Positions 34,173 to 43,257 are shown, numbered from the stretch's first letter. The stretch is 64,000 nt of DNA from Steroidobacteraceae bacterium (GCA_036824505.1 DAITAA010000007.1:6677-70676), one strand, 5' to 3'. The notes: generated by a model from the letters alone, not told the origin. Numbers and translations: made by a program.

Positions 34173-37100
34173 CTACCACTTGAAGTTCAGGCTCAGCTTG
34201 AAGGTGCGCGGCACGCCCGAGATGTCCCCGTCCTTGAAGTAGTCCGGCGGCCCTGGGAACGTGTTGATGAACTGGACGTAGTTCTTGTGATTCGTGACAT
34301 TGAGCGCGTCGAGGCGGACCTGGATCGCCGACCCGTTGCCGAACTCGAATGACTTCGTCAGCTGCAGGTCGAGCGCCATGTAGCCGATGTCGTCCTTCGG
34401 AAACTGCGAGAGCTTGAAGTAGTTGTAGTTGAGGCCGTTCGGCGGATCGGTTCGTCCGGGCGAGGTGCCGATGCCGTTGAACCCGGTGTTCGCTTTTGGC
34501 GATTCGATGACGAACTTGGCTCCCCCCAGCATTCCCCAGGGCAAGTCCATGGTGCCGATCGCGACCAGGCGGTTCTTCGCAACCTGGTCCGAGAGCACGT
34601 ACAGCGAGTAGTACGGAGAGGCGTATTGGAACTGGTAGTCGCCGGGAAAGTCGCGAACCTTGGCCCACGTGTACGTGTACGCAATGCTTGCGGACCAGGG
34701 CGATTCACTGCTGTAGGGTTTGTCGGCGGAGATCAGGAGCTGCGTGCTCCGGGTCGCCTCGGCGTTGTCGAAGAGGTAAAGCCCGCCGCCGCCGGCGTTC
34801 GGGACTGGTGCTTGAAAGGCGGCGTAATCAAACGTGTCATACCAGTACCAGGTTCCGTCACCAAAGCGGTTACCGTTGCTTGCGATCACGCCTTTGTAGC
34901 TCTTGATGTATGCCAATGCGACGCTCGTGTTCCAGTCAGCCACCCGGTTGCGCATGCCGAGCGTGAACTGGTCGGAATAGGGAGTCTCGAGATTGTTGTT
35001 GATGAAGTGCATCTCGCCGAAGTTGCCCGGGGCGATTGACGCCAGCCCTTCCGGCGTCAGGTAGGCGTCGTTCCACTCGATGCACTGGGGGCTGGCGTCC
35101 ACCGGGCCTTCGCAGCCCGGATTGTTCGCGTTCCAGAACTGGGTCGTCGGTGTGTACAGCGTCGCCTTGTTGCTCTCGAGCTGCAGGATGCTGAACGTAT
35201 TGCGGTCGTAGCTGCGGGCGGCGCCGCCGAAGATCACGTGCGCCTGGTCGGCGAAGAGGTCGTAGGAAAAGCCGAACCGCGGCGCGATCTGGTCCGTGGG
35301 ATTGCTGCGATTGTGGCCGTTGCTGATGTAGTCGTTGATGTCGATGCCGCCATTAGCCAGCGATTCGGCGTACGTCTGGCCGGGTACGTGGCAACTGGGG
35401 GTGTTGACGGGGCAGGCGTTGGTATCGAGGGCGAAGATCGCGTCCACGAAGCGCTGCGGCGTGACGTAATCCGTGTACGTCGGCGTCTCTTCGTAGTCGT
35501 AACGCACGCCGATGTTCAGCACCAGCTTGTCGTTGACCACCCAGTCGTCCTGGAGGTAGATGCCGTATTGCTTGTTCTTCGAGATCGCGGTCGCGTTGAT
35601 GGTGGGGTCAGCCTGTGCGCCGAAGAGCACCTCGAAGGGATCCGCCTCGACGCCATTGTCGGGGATGGCGGGATCGACAAAGAACGTATAGAGCGCTTCG
35701 GTCGAGGCATCGCTCATCTGCAGCTCGACGTCCTTGAACTTGACGCCCGTCTTGATCGTGTGCTCGCCATGCCAGCTGAAGTCGGTGAACGTGATGTCGT
35801 CCTGGAGGGAGTAGCCGCTCTGTGCCGCGAAGAAGTAACCCAGGGGGTCGACGCCGTCGACCTGCAGGATGATGTCGAAACCCGTGCCCCGGGTCCCCAG
35901 GGCCCGGTACCTCTTGCCCGGCTCGCTGCCCGCCTTCGACGGTGAGTCCTCCGTGTCCTCGTAGGTGACGGTCGCTTCGTTGAAATAGCGCTCGCCGGAG
36001 TGCTCCCAGCGCAGCGCCAGTCGCTTGTCGTCGTTGACGTAGGTCGTCGCCGCGGACTCGGCAACCACGCCGGCGGCGCCGGTCTGCTGCCGCTCCTCGC
36101 GGGACTTGGCCGACAGCTCGAGGCGATCGGAGTAGCCGAGTTCCCAGTCCAGCTTGACGAAGATCAGATCCTCGTCGAACGGATTCGCCACCGGGCCGTA
36201 GTTCTCCCGAAGCTCCGGCGTCAGCGCGCCAACCCAGTCGAGCGCGACGTTGTTGTCGTCGACCAGATTCTGCGGCGCCTGCACGGTGTTGGGTGTCGTG
36301 AAATCCTTGCGCTCGTATGTGACGAAAAAGTGCATCTTGTCCTTGATGATCGGACCGCCGAGCGAAAAGCCGTACTCCTGGCTGTCGCCGCCCTCCTTGC
36401 CAGTACCGGCGAACTCCTCGGCCGGGGTCTTCTCCCGCAGGCTTGCGTCCGTATACGTCATGAACGCGGAGGCCTCGAATTCGTTCGTTCCCGACTTGGT
36501 GACGGCCGTGATCGCAGCGCCGGAGACCTGGTCGTACTCGGCCTTGTAGTTCGACGTGATGACTTTATATTCGGCGATCGCGAGCTGCGGGAAAGGGTTG
36601 CCGGAGGAGCCCACCGTACTCTGGTTCGCACCAGACCTCGGGTTGGAATCGACGCCGGCTTGCCCGCTCGCTCCGCTCGGACGCACGTAGTTCTTCTGCC
36701 CGACGCCGTCGATGTAGACGTTGGTGGTACCCGTATTGAGGGCGCCGCTGCGGATCTGGTTTCTGCCCTTGGCGTCTACCGAAAACTGCATGCCGGGCAC
36801 TGCGTCGGCGAACTCGAGGAAGTTGCGCGTGATCTGGGGCGAAACCTCGATCTGGCGCAGCGAGATGCCGCTGCCGACTTCCGAAGTCCTGACCTCGCGC
36901 AGTCTTGCGCCGCTGACTCTCACTTCGCCGAGTGCGGTGGCCTGCGCCGCATCGAAATCCAGTGTGGCGGTGGAGGCGACGCCGAGGCTGACAACGTACT
37001 CGCTGCCTCCGCCCGTGACCCGGTAGGTGCCGGGCGGCAGGCCGACGAGCACGTAGTTGCCGTCGCTGCCCGACTGGACGCTGCGAGTCAGTCCGGTCTC

Positions 37101-37274
37101 GGTGTTGGTTGCCTTGACTTCAGTGCTGGCTGGCGCCTTGCCGCGCAGGGCCGCGCTCGCCGACTGTGCCGCGGCTTGTTGCGGAAGTGCGCTCGACAGC
37201 AGGATCGCACTGATCGCCGTCGCAAGGCGCCAATCACGCCGGGCCGCCGTCTTCATCTTTGTGCTAGTGTTCAT
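34173..37274 (-). CDS. TonB-dependent receptor, Oar-like (N-terminal carboxypeptidase-regulatory-like domain)
   Basis: ATG at 37274 is preceded by AAGGGA. Signal peptide ..LPQQAAAQS, then TGLTRSVQSGSDGNYVLVGLPPGTYRV (CarboxypepD_reg), a long barrel and a terminal ..LSLNFKW. Confidence 0.85.
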   Translation of the reverse strand: MNTSTKMKTAARRDWRLATAISAILLSSALPQQAAAQSASAALRGKAPASTEVKATNTETGLTRSVQSGSDGNYVLVGLPPGTYRVTGGGSEYVVSLGVASTATLDFDAAQATALGEVRVSGARLREVRTSEVGSGISLRQIEVSPQITRNFLEFADAVPGMQFSVDAKGRNQIRSGALNTGTTNVYIDGVGQKNYVRPSGASGQAGVDSNPRSGANQSTVGSSGNPFPQLAIAEYKVITSNYKAEYDQVSGAAITAVTKSGTNEFEASAFMTYTDASLREKTPAEEFAGTGKEGGDSQEYGFSLGGPIIKDKMHFFVTYERKDFTTPNTVQAPQNLVDDNNVALDWVGALTPELRENYGPVANPFDEDLIFVKLDWELGYSDRLELSAKSREERQQTGAAGVVAESAATTYVNDDKRLALRWEHSGERYFNEATVTYEDTEDSPSKAGSEPGKRYRALGTRGTGFDIILQVDGVDPLGYFFAAQSGYSLQDDITFTDFSWHGEHTIKTGVKFKDVELQMSDASTEALYTFFVDPAIPDNGVEADPFEVLFGAQADPTINATAISKNKQYGIYLQDDWVVNDKLVLNIGVRYDYEETPTYTDYVTPQRFVDAIFALDTNACPVNTPSCHVPGQTYAESLANGGIDINDYISNGHNRSNPTDQIAPRFGFSYDLFADQAHVIFGGAARSYDRNTFSILQLESNKATLYTPTTQFWNANNPGCEGPVDASPQCIEWNDAYLTPEGLASIAPGNFGEMHFINNNLETPYSDQFTLGMRNRVADWNTSVALAYIKSYKGVIASNGNRFGDGTWYWYDTFDYAAFQAPVPNAGGGGLYLFDNAEATRSTQLLISADKPYSSESPWSASIAYTYTWAKVRDFPGDYQFQYASPYYSLYVLSDQVAKNRLVAIGTMDLPWGMLGGAKFVIESPKANTGFNGIGTSPGRTDPPNGLNYNYFKLSQFPKDDIGYMALDLQLTKSFEFGNGSAIQVRLDALNVTNHKNYVQFINTFPGPPDYFKDGDISGVPRTFKLSLNFKW

Positions 37275-37338
37275 GAAATTTCCCTTGCTCGTTGATTCCT
37301 GCAGCGCCGCCCTACGCCGGCGCAGCCCCAAGTCCACG

Positions 37339-38295
37339 TCACCGAACCGTCGAGCCCTCGACGGCGCTCAAAGCCGCACCGATCATTCCGCCGCGCGCGC
37401 CGAGGCGCGCGCGGCGCACGCGCACGCGTCGTGCGTATCGCCCCCAGGTGAACCTCGGAAGCGCGGCGCGAAAACTGTTCCAGTACCGACCGGGAGCCGC
37501 GCCCACGCCGCCGCCCAGGACGACCAGCGACGGGTCCAGTGCATTGACCAGGATCGCGACGTGGGCGGCGAGGTCGGTCGCGGCGGAATCGACCACGCGG
37601 CGAGCGATGCCCGATTGCGCGCGCGCTGCGCGGCAAACTTCCGCCGCGTCCCCGGCGTGATAGCCCAGGGCCTTTGCACGGCTAACCAATGCCGGTCCCG
37701 ACGCGCGGGATTCGAGTGGGGCGAAAACCGTTCTGCCATCGCTGGCCGTAGCCGCGCATGTCGGGCCGCTCGCGAACGCGATGGCGTGACCATGCGCGCC
37801 GAGATAAGGCCGGCCATCGATGAACAAGGTCGAGCTGATGCCCGTGCCGACGCCGACATAGAGGAAGTTGGGACTGCCGCGCGCCGCCCCGAGGCGCGCT
37901 TCGGCGAGCGCCGCTGCCCGCACGTCGGATTCGATGGTCACCTCGCCATAAGCAGCGAACACCCTGCGGACGCCGGCAGAACGCCACGACAGGATGGCGG
38001 CGCTCTCGATCTCGCCTCCGGGGCCGACCAGCTCGGGTACGCCGATTCCAACTTTGTGCACCGTCAATCCGGCGCGGCTGCCGGCTTCGACGACTTCGCG
38101 CGCAACCGCCGCCGCGCGTGCGAGCGCCTGGCGTGCGCCGTTCGTCGCGTCCGTGTGGATCGCGCGGACGTGCCGCAGCGACCCGGAGCGTGGAACGAAG
38201 AGGCCGGCGCGAATGCTGGTTCCGCCGACGTCGATGCCGAGCACGCACCGCTGGCGCTGACGCATCCGCGTCGAGCGGCGCGCGGCGCGGCTCAC
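37339..38295 (-). CDS. ROK family sugar kinase
   Basis: VLGIDVGGTSIRAGL, and later GVGTGI..... with ROK-like Gly-rich blocks. The GTG at 38295 overlaps the bicupin stop (GTGA); ATG 38265 is an alternative start. Confidence 0.75.
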   Translation of the reverse strand: MSRAARRSTRMRQRQRCVLGIDVGGTSIRAGLFVPRSGSLRHVRAIHTDATNGARQALARAAAVAREVVEAGSRAGLTVHKVGIGVPELVGPGGEIESAAILSWRSAGVRRVFAAYGEVTIESDVRAAALAEARLGAARGSPNFLYVGVGTGISSTLFIDGRPYLGAHGHAIAFASGPTCAATASDGRTVFAPLESRASGPALVSRAKALGYHAGDAAEVCRAARAQSGIARRVVDSAATDLAAHVAILVNALDPSLVVLGGGVGAAPGRYWNSFRAALPRFTWGRYARRVRVRRARLGARGGMIGAALSAVEGSTVR

Positions 38296-39137
38296 GGCAG
38301 GTACCTCGGCGCGACGCCGAGCAAGGCGGTAGCGGATCCGGAGAACGACAGGATTTCGTATTGCGCGGTCTCGGGAATGAACACGGCATCGCGCGGGCCG
38401 AGCTCCATCGTTGCAACCTGGGACTTCCAGTACGTGCGGATCATCAGCTCGCCTGACAGGCCAACGATCATCGCATCGCCGCCGTGCGCGGTTCTCTCGC
38501 CAGCGGCTCCCGCCGGCACGTTCAGCTCCGCAACAGTGAGATGCTCGGTGCTGACGATCAGGCCGACGGCGATTTCGCCCTCCAGCCGCAGCGAGCGCTC
38601 ACGCGCCCCGATTCGATGCAGGGTCGCAGGCGGAGCCGCGCCGACGTAATTGCCGAGTAACTCGTCGCGCTTATAGACCGGCGTTTCCAGGTATTCCTGA
38701 TTCATCGCGTAGGCACCGCTCGTGCCCTGCGATGGGGGCGGTGCGAAGAATTCAAGTATACGCAGCGGCTCGGCGCCCTGCGCTCGCACGTGGTGCCAGG
38801 TGTCCTTGCGAAAGAACAAGGATTCGCCGGCCAGGCATTCGACGACCTCTCCAGTCTGCGGATTGCAGGCGAGCATCGCACCCTGCAACACGTAGAGGAC
38901 TTCGTCCGCGGCAAACACGGTTCGGTACGCCCTCGAATGCTTGAACCAGCATCCGGGAGCCAATCTGAACTCGAGAACGTGAACCTTGTTGGTGGAAGCG
39001 TACAACCAGTCGCCCACCAGGCCGGACTGCTTGTCGCCCCAGATGTGGTGCTTGATGTCGCTGCGACGAACGAGCGTAGGAGCATCGTAGGTCGGTCGCG
39101 GCGAGGGCGCGTATCCCGTTGAAGCACTATCGGCCAA
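38292..39137 (-). CDS. Bicupin-fold protein of unknown function
   Basis: There are two cupin-like halves (..VLEFRLAPGCWF.HS.....DEVLYVLQG... and ..VAELNVPAGAAGERTAHGGDAMIVGLSGEL..). The start is uncertain: TTG 39137 (GGCGGA upstream) or ATG 39233. The 39138..39233 stretch has atypical third-position usage and contains the 10-bp repeat array. Confidence 0.55.
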   Translation of the reverse strand: MADSASTGYAPSPRPTYDAPTLVRRSDIKHHIWGDKQSGLVGDWLYASTNKVHVLEFRLAPGCWFKHSRAYRTVFAADEVLYVLQGAMLACNPQTGEVVECLAGESLFFRKDTWHHVRAQGAEPLRILEFFAPPPSQGTSGAYAMNQEYLETPVYKRDELLGNYVGAAPPATLHRIGARERSLRLEGEIAVGLIVSTEHLTVAELNVPAGAAGERTAHGGDAMIVGLSGELMIRTYWKSQVATMELGPRDAVFIPETAQYEILSFSGSATALLGVAPRYLP

Positions 39138-39215
39138 TGCCCATCCGCCTTCTTCGAGGTGGTGATTCGACGACCAGGGCTCTGGCCCGGAATATAGGCG
39201 AGCCCTCGCGCCCTT

Positions 39216-39255
39216 GCAACCAGTAGCAACCATTGGGAACCAGTCGGAACCAGGG
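39216..39255. promoter_or_regulatory. Four tandem 10-bp repeats G(C/G)AACCAnnn (candidate operator array)
   Basis: GCAACCAGTA GCAACCATTG GGAACCAGTC GGAACCAGGG are contiguous, in the bicupin/GntR divergent region. Confidence 0.4.
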
Positions 39256-39405
39256 TCGATGGCGCGGCAGTCGCGCAGGCGAGGCGACGCGGGTACAGCG
39301 GTTTACAGCGCAGTTTGGGCGCGTTGCGCCCGTATGGCGTTGCCTCGTCGCAGGACACTCGGTAATCTGCGCGGGCGGACGCAGGCGGCGATGCTGCACC
39401 GCAAG

Positions 39406-39425
39406 ACAACCAAAGGCAACCAAGG
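39406..39425. promoter_or_regulatory. Two more tandem 10-bp repeats (ACAACCAAAG GCAACCAAGG)
   Basis: Same core (C)AACCA at the same 10-bp period, ending 13 nt upstream of the GntR start codon. Confidence 0.35.
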
Positions 39426-39438
39426 TGATCGGTCGACC

Positions 39439-40212
39439 ATGACCCGGACGAGACACCGCCGTCGTCCCCGCTCGCCTCTGGCGAGGCTCAATACCACGTC
39501 CCTCTACGAAACCTGCGCCACAGCGCTCAACCGCGAAATCGAAACGGGCGCCCTGCGGCCAGGACAACGCTTGCCGTCGGAACGCTCCCTCGGCGATGCG
39601 CTCGGATTCACGCGTCTCACCGTGCGGCGCGCCTTGCAGGTGCTCGCCCAGCGCGGCCTGCTCGAGCCGGACGAACGCCGCGGCTGGCAGGTGCGCGGCG
39701 GCCAGGTCAGCGACAGCCTGTCGACGCTCATGGGCTTCACGCAGATGGCCCGGATGCGGGGGCTGGTGGCCAGCTCGCGCATCCTGTCGCTCGAATACCG
39801 CGACGCGACCTTCGACGAGTCGGAAGCATTGCGGGTGGCACCCGGCGCGCCGATCCTGGATCTCTCGCGATTGCGCCTTCTCGATGACCGGCCCACAGCG
39901 ATTGAGCGCCTGCGCATGCCGACGAGCCGCCTGCGCTGGCCGGACGGTTTCGACTTCACCGGCTCGATCTACGCCGCCCTGGAATCGCAAGGCATCGTTC
40001 CCACGATCGCGGATGCCTACGTCGACGTCGTCGATGCGACCGAAGCCGAGGCAAGTTTGTTCGGCGTCGCGACGGGACGGGGCCTCTTGCGTATGAACTG
40101 CGTGACCAACGACGCCGACGGGGTGGCCATCAGCCTCGAAACGTCCATGTACCATCCAGATCGCTATCGATTCCGCGCGATTCTGCAGAAGCGCGCCAAA
40201 CGATGGACTTGA
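39439..40212 (+). CDS. GntR family (HutC subfamily, UTRA effector domain) transcriptional regulator
   Basis: ATG at 39439 (AAGGTGA upstream). The winged HTH is ..LRPGQRLPSERSLGDALGFTRLTVRRALQVLAQRGLL.., followed by a UTRA-like C-terminal half. Confidence 0.8.
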   Translation: MTRTRHRRRPRSPLARLNTTSLYETCATALNREIETGALRPGQRLPSERSLGDALGFTRLTVRRALQVLAQRGLLEPDERRGWQVRGGQVSDSLSTLMGFTQMARMRGLVASSRILSLEYRDATFDESEALRVAPGAPILDLSRLRLLDDRPTAIERLRMPTSRLRWPDGFDFTGSIYAALESQGIVPTIADAYVDVVDATEAEASLFGVATGRGLLRMNCVTNDADGVAISLETSMYHPDRYRFRAILQKRAKRWT

Positions 40213-41564
40213 TCCCGAGAGCCCGGCGTCGCTACGCGCTGCACGGTTTGATGGCGGCGCTGGTCATCGCAGGGATCTTGGTTGGTTGCGGCTCGAACGA
40301 TCGTGACGGCGCGGTTGAGCCCGGGCGCGATGCGGCCGCAGGCGGCCGCCACGCCCTGGAGGTCTGGACGCCAGAGAGCGGAACACGCCTGCAACTGGTG
40401 CAGCGGCGCGCAGATGAGTTTTCCGCCGCGCATCCCGACGTGAAGGTCAACTTCACTATCCGCGACTTCGGCTCCTACCCCGCACAGCTCAAGCTGGCGC
40501 TCGCGTCGGACAGTGCGCCGGATGTCGTCATCGGCAACCTCGGATGGTCTCTCGACGGCCCATTGATCAAAGCCGGCCAGCTGCGCGCTCTCGACCCATG
40601 GGCGACGCGCTACGGTTGGGACAAGCGCTTTGCGGAGGTGGCGCAGCGGCAGATGCGCTTTACCGACGACGGCAAGCAATTTGGCCGCGGCTCGATTTTC
40701 GGCATCCCATACGCCGCCGACGTCATCGGCTGGTTCTACAACGTCGGCAAGCTCAAGATTCTCAATATCGGCGTCCCGGCCACTCTGGACGAGCTCGAGG
40801 CGGCCCTCGGGACCGCTCGCAGGGCGGGCGAAGTGCCGATCATGCTGGGAAACAGGCCGCAATGGCCCGGACTGCACCTTTTCTATCTTGTCAGCGGCGA
40901 TCTTGCGTCCGACCGTGAGATCAACGGCATCGTCTTCGGCGACCGATCGGTGAAGTGGACGGCCCCGAGCTTCGTCGCAAGTGCCCGCAAACTGGCGCAA
41001 TGGAATGCCAAGGGATACATCGCGGCCGGTGCCAACAGCATGTCACCGGACGATGCCCTCGCAAAATTCGTCCGCGGCACCGGCGTTTTCCTGCCGACCG
41101 GTTCCTGGAATGCCGCGGAACTCTCGGCCGCCATGGATGACAACGTCGCGTTCTTTCTGACGCCGCCGATCCGCAAGGGGGACCCGCGTCGCGCGACAGG
41201 CAGCGTCGGCTATGGCTGGCACATCACGGCAGCGAGTCGCCAGGCGGATCTCGCCGCCGAATTCATTGACTTCATGACTCAGGAAGCGTTCGCAATCCAA
41301 CTGGCGGCGAGCGGCGACATATCGCCGCTCGCAATTGGCGGCGGCCTGCCACAGGCACCCTCCCGCCTGGCCGGTGAAATCTTCGCGGCCTGGCAAAGCG
41401 TCCTTGCGAACGGCACATTGCTGCCGTATCTCGATTTTTCGGCGCCGGACGGGGCCGAAGTCCTCTATCCGACGATGCAGTCGATCATTGCGGGCCAGGA
41501 AACACCGGAGCGGGGCCTCGCCCTCATCGAGCAGTCACGCGAAAGATTCCTGGATTCGCTGTGA
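40203..41564 (+). CDS. ABC transporter extracellular solute-binding lipoprotein (family 1, CUT1 sugar type)
   Basis: 453 aa. Lipobox LVGC in ..AGILVGCGSN. The size and pattern are those of sugar SBP_bac_1 proteins. Confidence 0.75.
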   Translation: MDLIPRARRRYALHGLMAALVIAGILVGCGSNDRDGAVEPGRDAAAGGRHALEVWTPESGTRLQLVQRRADEFSAAHPDVKVNFTIRDFGSYPAQLKLALASDSAPDVVIGNLGWSLDGPLIKAGQLRALDPWATRYGWDKRFAEVAQRQMRFTDDGKQFGRGSIFGIPYAADVIGWFYNVGKLKILNIGVPATLDELEAALGTARRAGEVPIMLGNRPQWPGLHLFYLVSGDLASDREINGIVFGDRSVKWTAPSFVASARKLAQWNAKGYIAAGANSMSPDDALAKFVRGTGVFLPTGSWNAAELSAAMDDNVAFFLTPPIRKGDPRRATGSVGYGWHITAASRQADLAAEFIDFMTQEAFAIQLAASGDISPLAIGGGLPQAPSRLAGEIFAAWQSVLANGTLLPYLDFSAPDGAEVLYPTMQSIIAGQETPERGLALIEQSRERFLDSL

Positions 41565-42436
41565 AGACCAGGCGTGGCCGCGCGGCGTTGCCGTATCTCT
41601 ACCTGTTGCCCGCGTTCCTTTTCTTCGTGCCTTTCGTTCTCGTGCCGTTTGCCCACACGGTGGGCCTGTCCTTCTACGATTGGGATGGACTCACGCGGGC
41701 TGCATTCACCGGATTCGAAAATTATCGCGAGGCCTTCGCCAGCCCGCTCGTGCGGTCGGCCTTCGGCCACGCGCTCGTACTCATATTCTTCTTCGGTGTG
41801 CTTCCCGTCTTGCTGGCCCTGCCGCTTGCCGTCGGCAGCTCGCGGACGAGCGTCCCGGGCCGCAACACGCTTCGAACCCTGATCTTCCTGCCGCAAGCGA
41901 TATCCACGGTCGTGGTCGGGGTGAGCTGGGGCTGGATCCTGGCCCTGGACGGCCCGATCAATGCCGGATTGCGCGCACTGGGCCTCGATTGGGCCGCGGT
42001 CGACTGGCTCGGGAGCTTCACCTGGGCTCTGCCAAGCCTCGGTATCGTCGGCACGTGGACGCTGATCGGATTATGCGTCACCCTGTTTTTCGCGGGCCTT
42101 CAGCAGATTCCTGTCTCGCTCTACGATGCGGCGGCAGTCGATGGGGCCGGACCTTGGCGGGAATTCCTTGCCGTCACCTTGCCAGGCCTCAAGGGCCCGA
42201 TCGCGGTCGCGTTGACCGTCACCGTGATCTCCGCGTTGCGGGCATTCGATCTCATATTCGTGACGACGCGCGGCGGCCCTGGCACGGAGACCGTCGTGCC
42301 GGGGATCCTGATCTATCGGCGCGCCTTTGAAGACGGCCGGCTGGGCTCCGCGGCGGCGATTGCCGTGATACTGAGCATCGTCGTGTTTGCCGTGACCTTC
42401 CTCATCAACCGGATTGCGGACCGCAGAGCGCCGTGA
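41561..42436 (+). CDS. Carbohydrate ABC transporter permease (MalF-type)
   Basis: 291 aa with 6 TM segments. EAA-loop region ..LYDAAAVDGAGPWREFLAVTLPGL... GTGA overlap. Confidence 0.85.
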   Translation: MKTRRGRAALPYLYLLPAFLFFVPFVLVPFAHTVGLSFYDWDGLTRAAFTGFENYREAFASPLVRSAFGHALVLIFFFGVLPVLLALPLAVGSSRTSVPGRNTLRTLIFLPQAISTVVVGVSWGWILALDGPINAGLRALGLDWAAVDWLGSFTWALPSLGIVGTWTLIGLCVTLFFAGLQQIPVSLYDAAAVDGAGPWREFLAVTLPGLKGPIAVALTVTVISALRAFDLIFVTTRGGPGTETVVPGILIYRRAFEDGRLGSAAAIAVILSIVVFAVTFLINRIADRRAP

Positions 42437-43257
42437 CCGCAGCGCCGAGAACGGGGACCCTGGGCGCCGCGATCCTGATCGCGTTCGCGGCGATCACCGT
42501 ATTGCCGATCCTCGGTGTCGTGCTCCTCAGCCTGCAGCCGGAACAGACCCAGCTGTCCGGATTCGAGTTGCCGGACCGCCTGCACTTCGAAAATTACGCG
42601 CGCGCCTTCGACGTTGCGCACTTCGCGAACTACCTGCAATCGAGCCTGATCGTCAGCATCGCGGTGGTCGTGGGAACCGTCGTGGTGTCCACGTTGAGCG
42701 GCTATGCCTTCGGCACCATGCGCTTTGCCGGTGAGAACGCCCTCTTTTACCTGCTCCTGGCCGGTCTCATAATTCCTTTCGAGGCGGTCATCGTGCCGCT
42801 GTATGTCGAGTTGCGGGCCGGGCACCTCACGAACTCCTACTGGTCGGTCATCCTGCCGCTGATCGGCACGAATTCCGCGTTCGGCACGTTCTGGATGCGC
42901 GCGTATTTTCGCGCCGTGCCGCGCCAGCTGATGGAAGCGGCGGCGCTGGACGGCGCGGGTTCGTTGCGCATTCTCTGGAAGGTCCTGTTGCCCGGGGCCC
43001 GCCCGGCGTTGCTGACGCTGGTGGTGCTCGTGTTCATGTGGTCCTGGAACGAGTTTCTGCTTCCGCTCGTTATGTTGTCGCGCGAGGATCTGCGCACGGC
43101 TCCGCTCGGCCTCGCTTTCTTCGCTGGCCGCTACACGACCGACCGCGTCGGCATGGCCGCCGCAGCCGTGATGGTCGCGCTGCCGGTGGTGGTATTGTTC
43201 ATCGCCACGCATCGGCGCTTCGTGCACGGCATGTGGGTGGGAGCATTGAAGCAATGA
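42433..43257 (+). CDS. Carbohydrate ABC transporter permease (MalG-type)
   Basis: 274 aa with 6 TM segments. EAA loop ..LMEAAALDGAGSLRILWKVLLPG... GTGA overlap. Confidence 0.85.
   Translation: MTAAPRTGTLGAAILIAFAAITVLPILGVVLLSLQPEQTQLSGFELPDRLHFENYARAFDVAHFANYLQSSLIVSIAVVVGTVVVSTLSGYAFGTMRFAGENALFYLLLAGLIIPFEAVIVPLYVELRAGHLTNSYWSVILPLIGTNSAFGTFWMRAYFRAVPRQLMEAAALDGAGSLRILWKVLLPGARPALLTLVVLVFMWSWNEFLLPLVMLSREDLRTAPLGLAFFAGRYTTDRVGMAAAAVMVALPVVVLFIATHRRFVHGMWVGALKQ

Noticed and set aside
31772-34183. 803-aa plus-strand ORF
   Set aside because: It is antisense to the GH3 gene and the sulfotransferase 5' end. It has shadow-ORF composition (R, G, A, D rich) and no domain signature.
37285-37320. 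GC-rich hairpin (GCGCCG-N8-CGGCGC) between the ROK kinase and the TBDR gene
   Set aside because: It has a short 6-bp stem and no following T-tract, so it is not a convincing terminator or attenuator.
36000-38649. Plus-strand ORFs 36000..37295 and 37057..38649
   Set aside because: They are antisense to the TBDR and ROK kinase genes, with Arg/Ala-rich translations.
39127-40155. 342-aa minus-strand ORF
   Set aside because: It is antisense to the GntR regulator, whose HTH and UTRA parts read cleanly on the plus strand.
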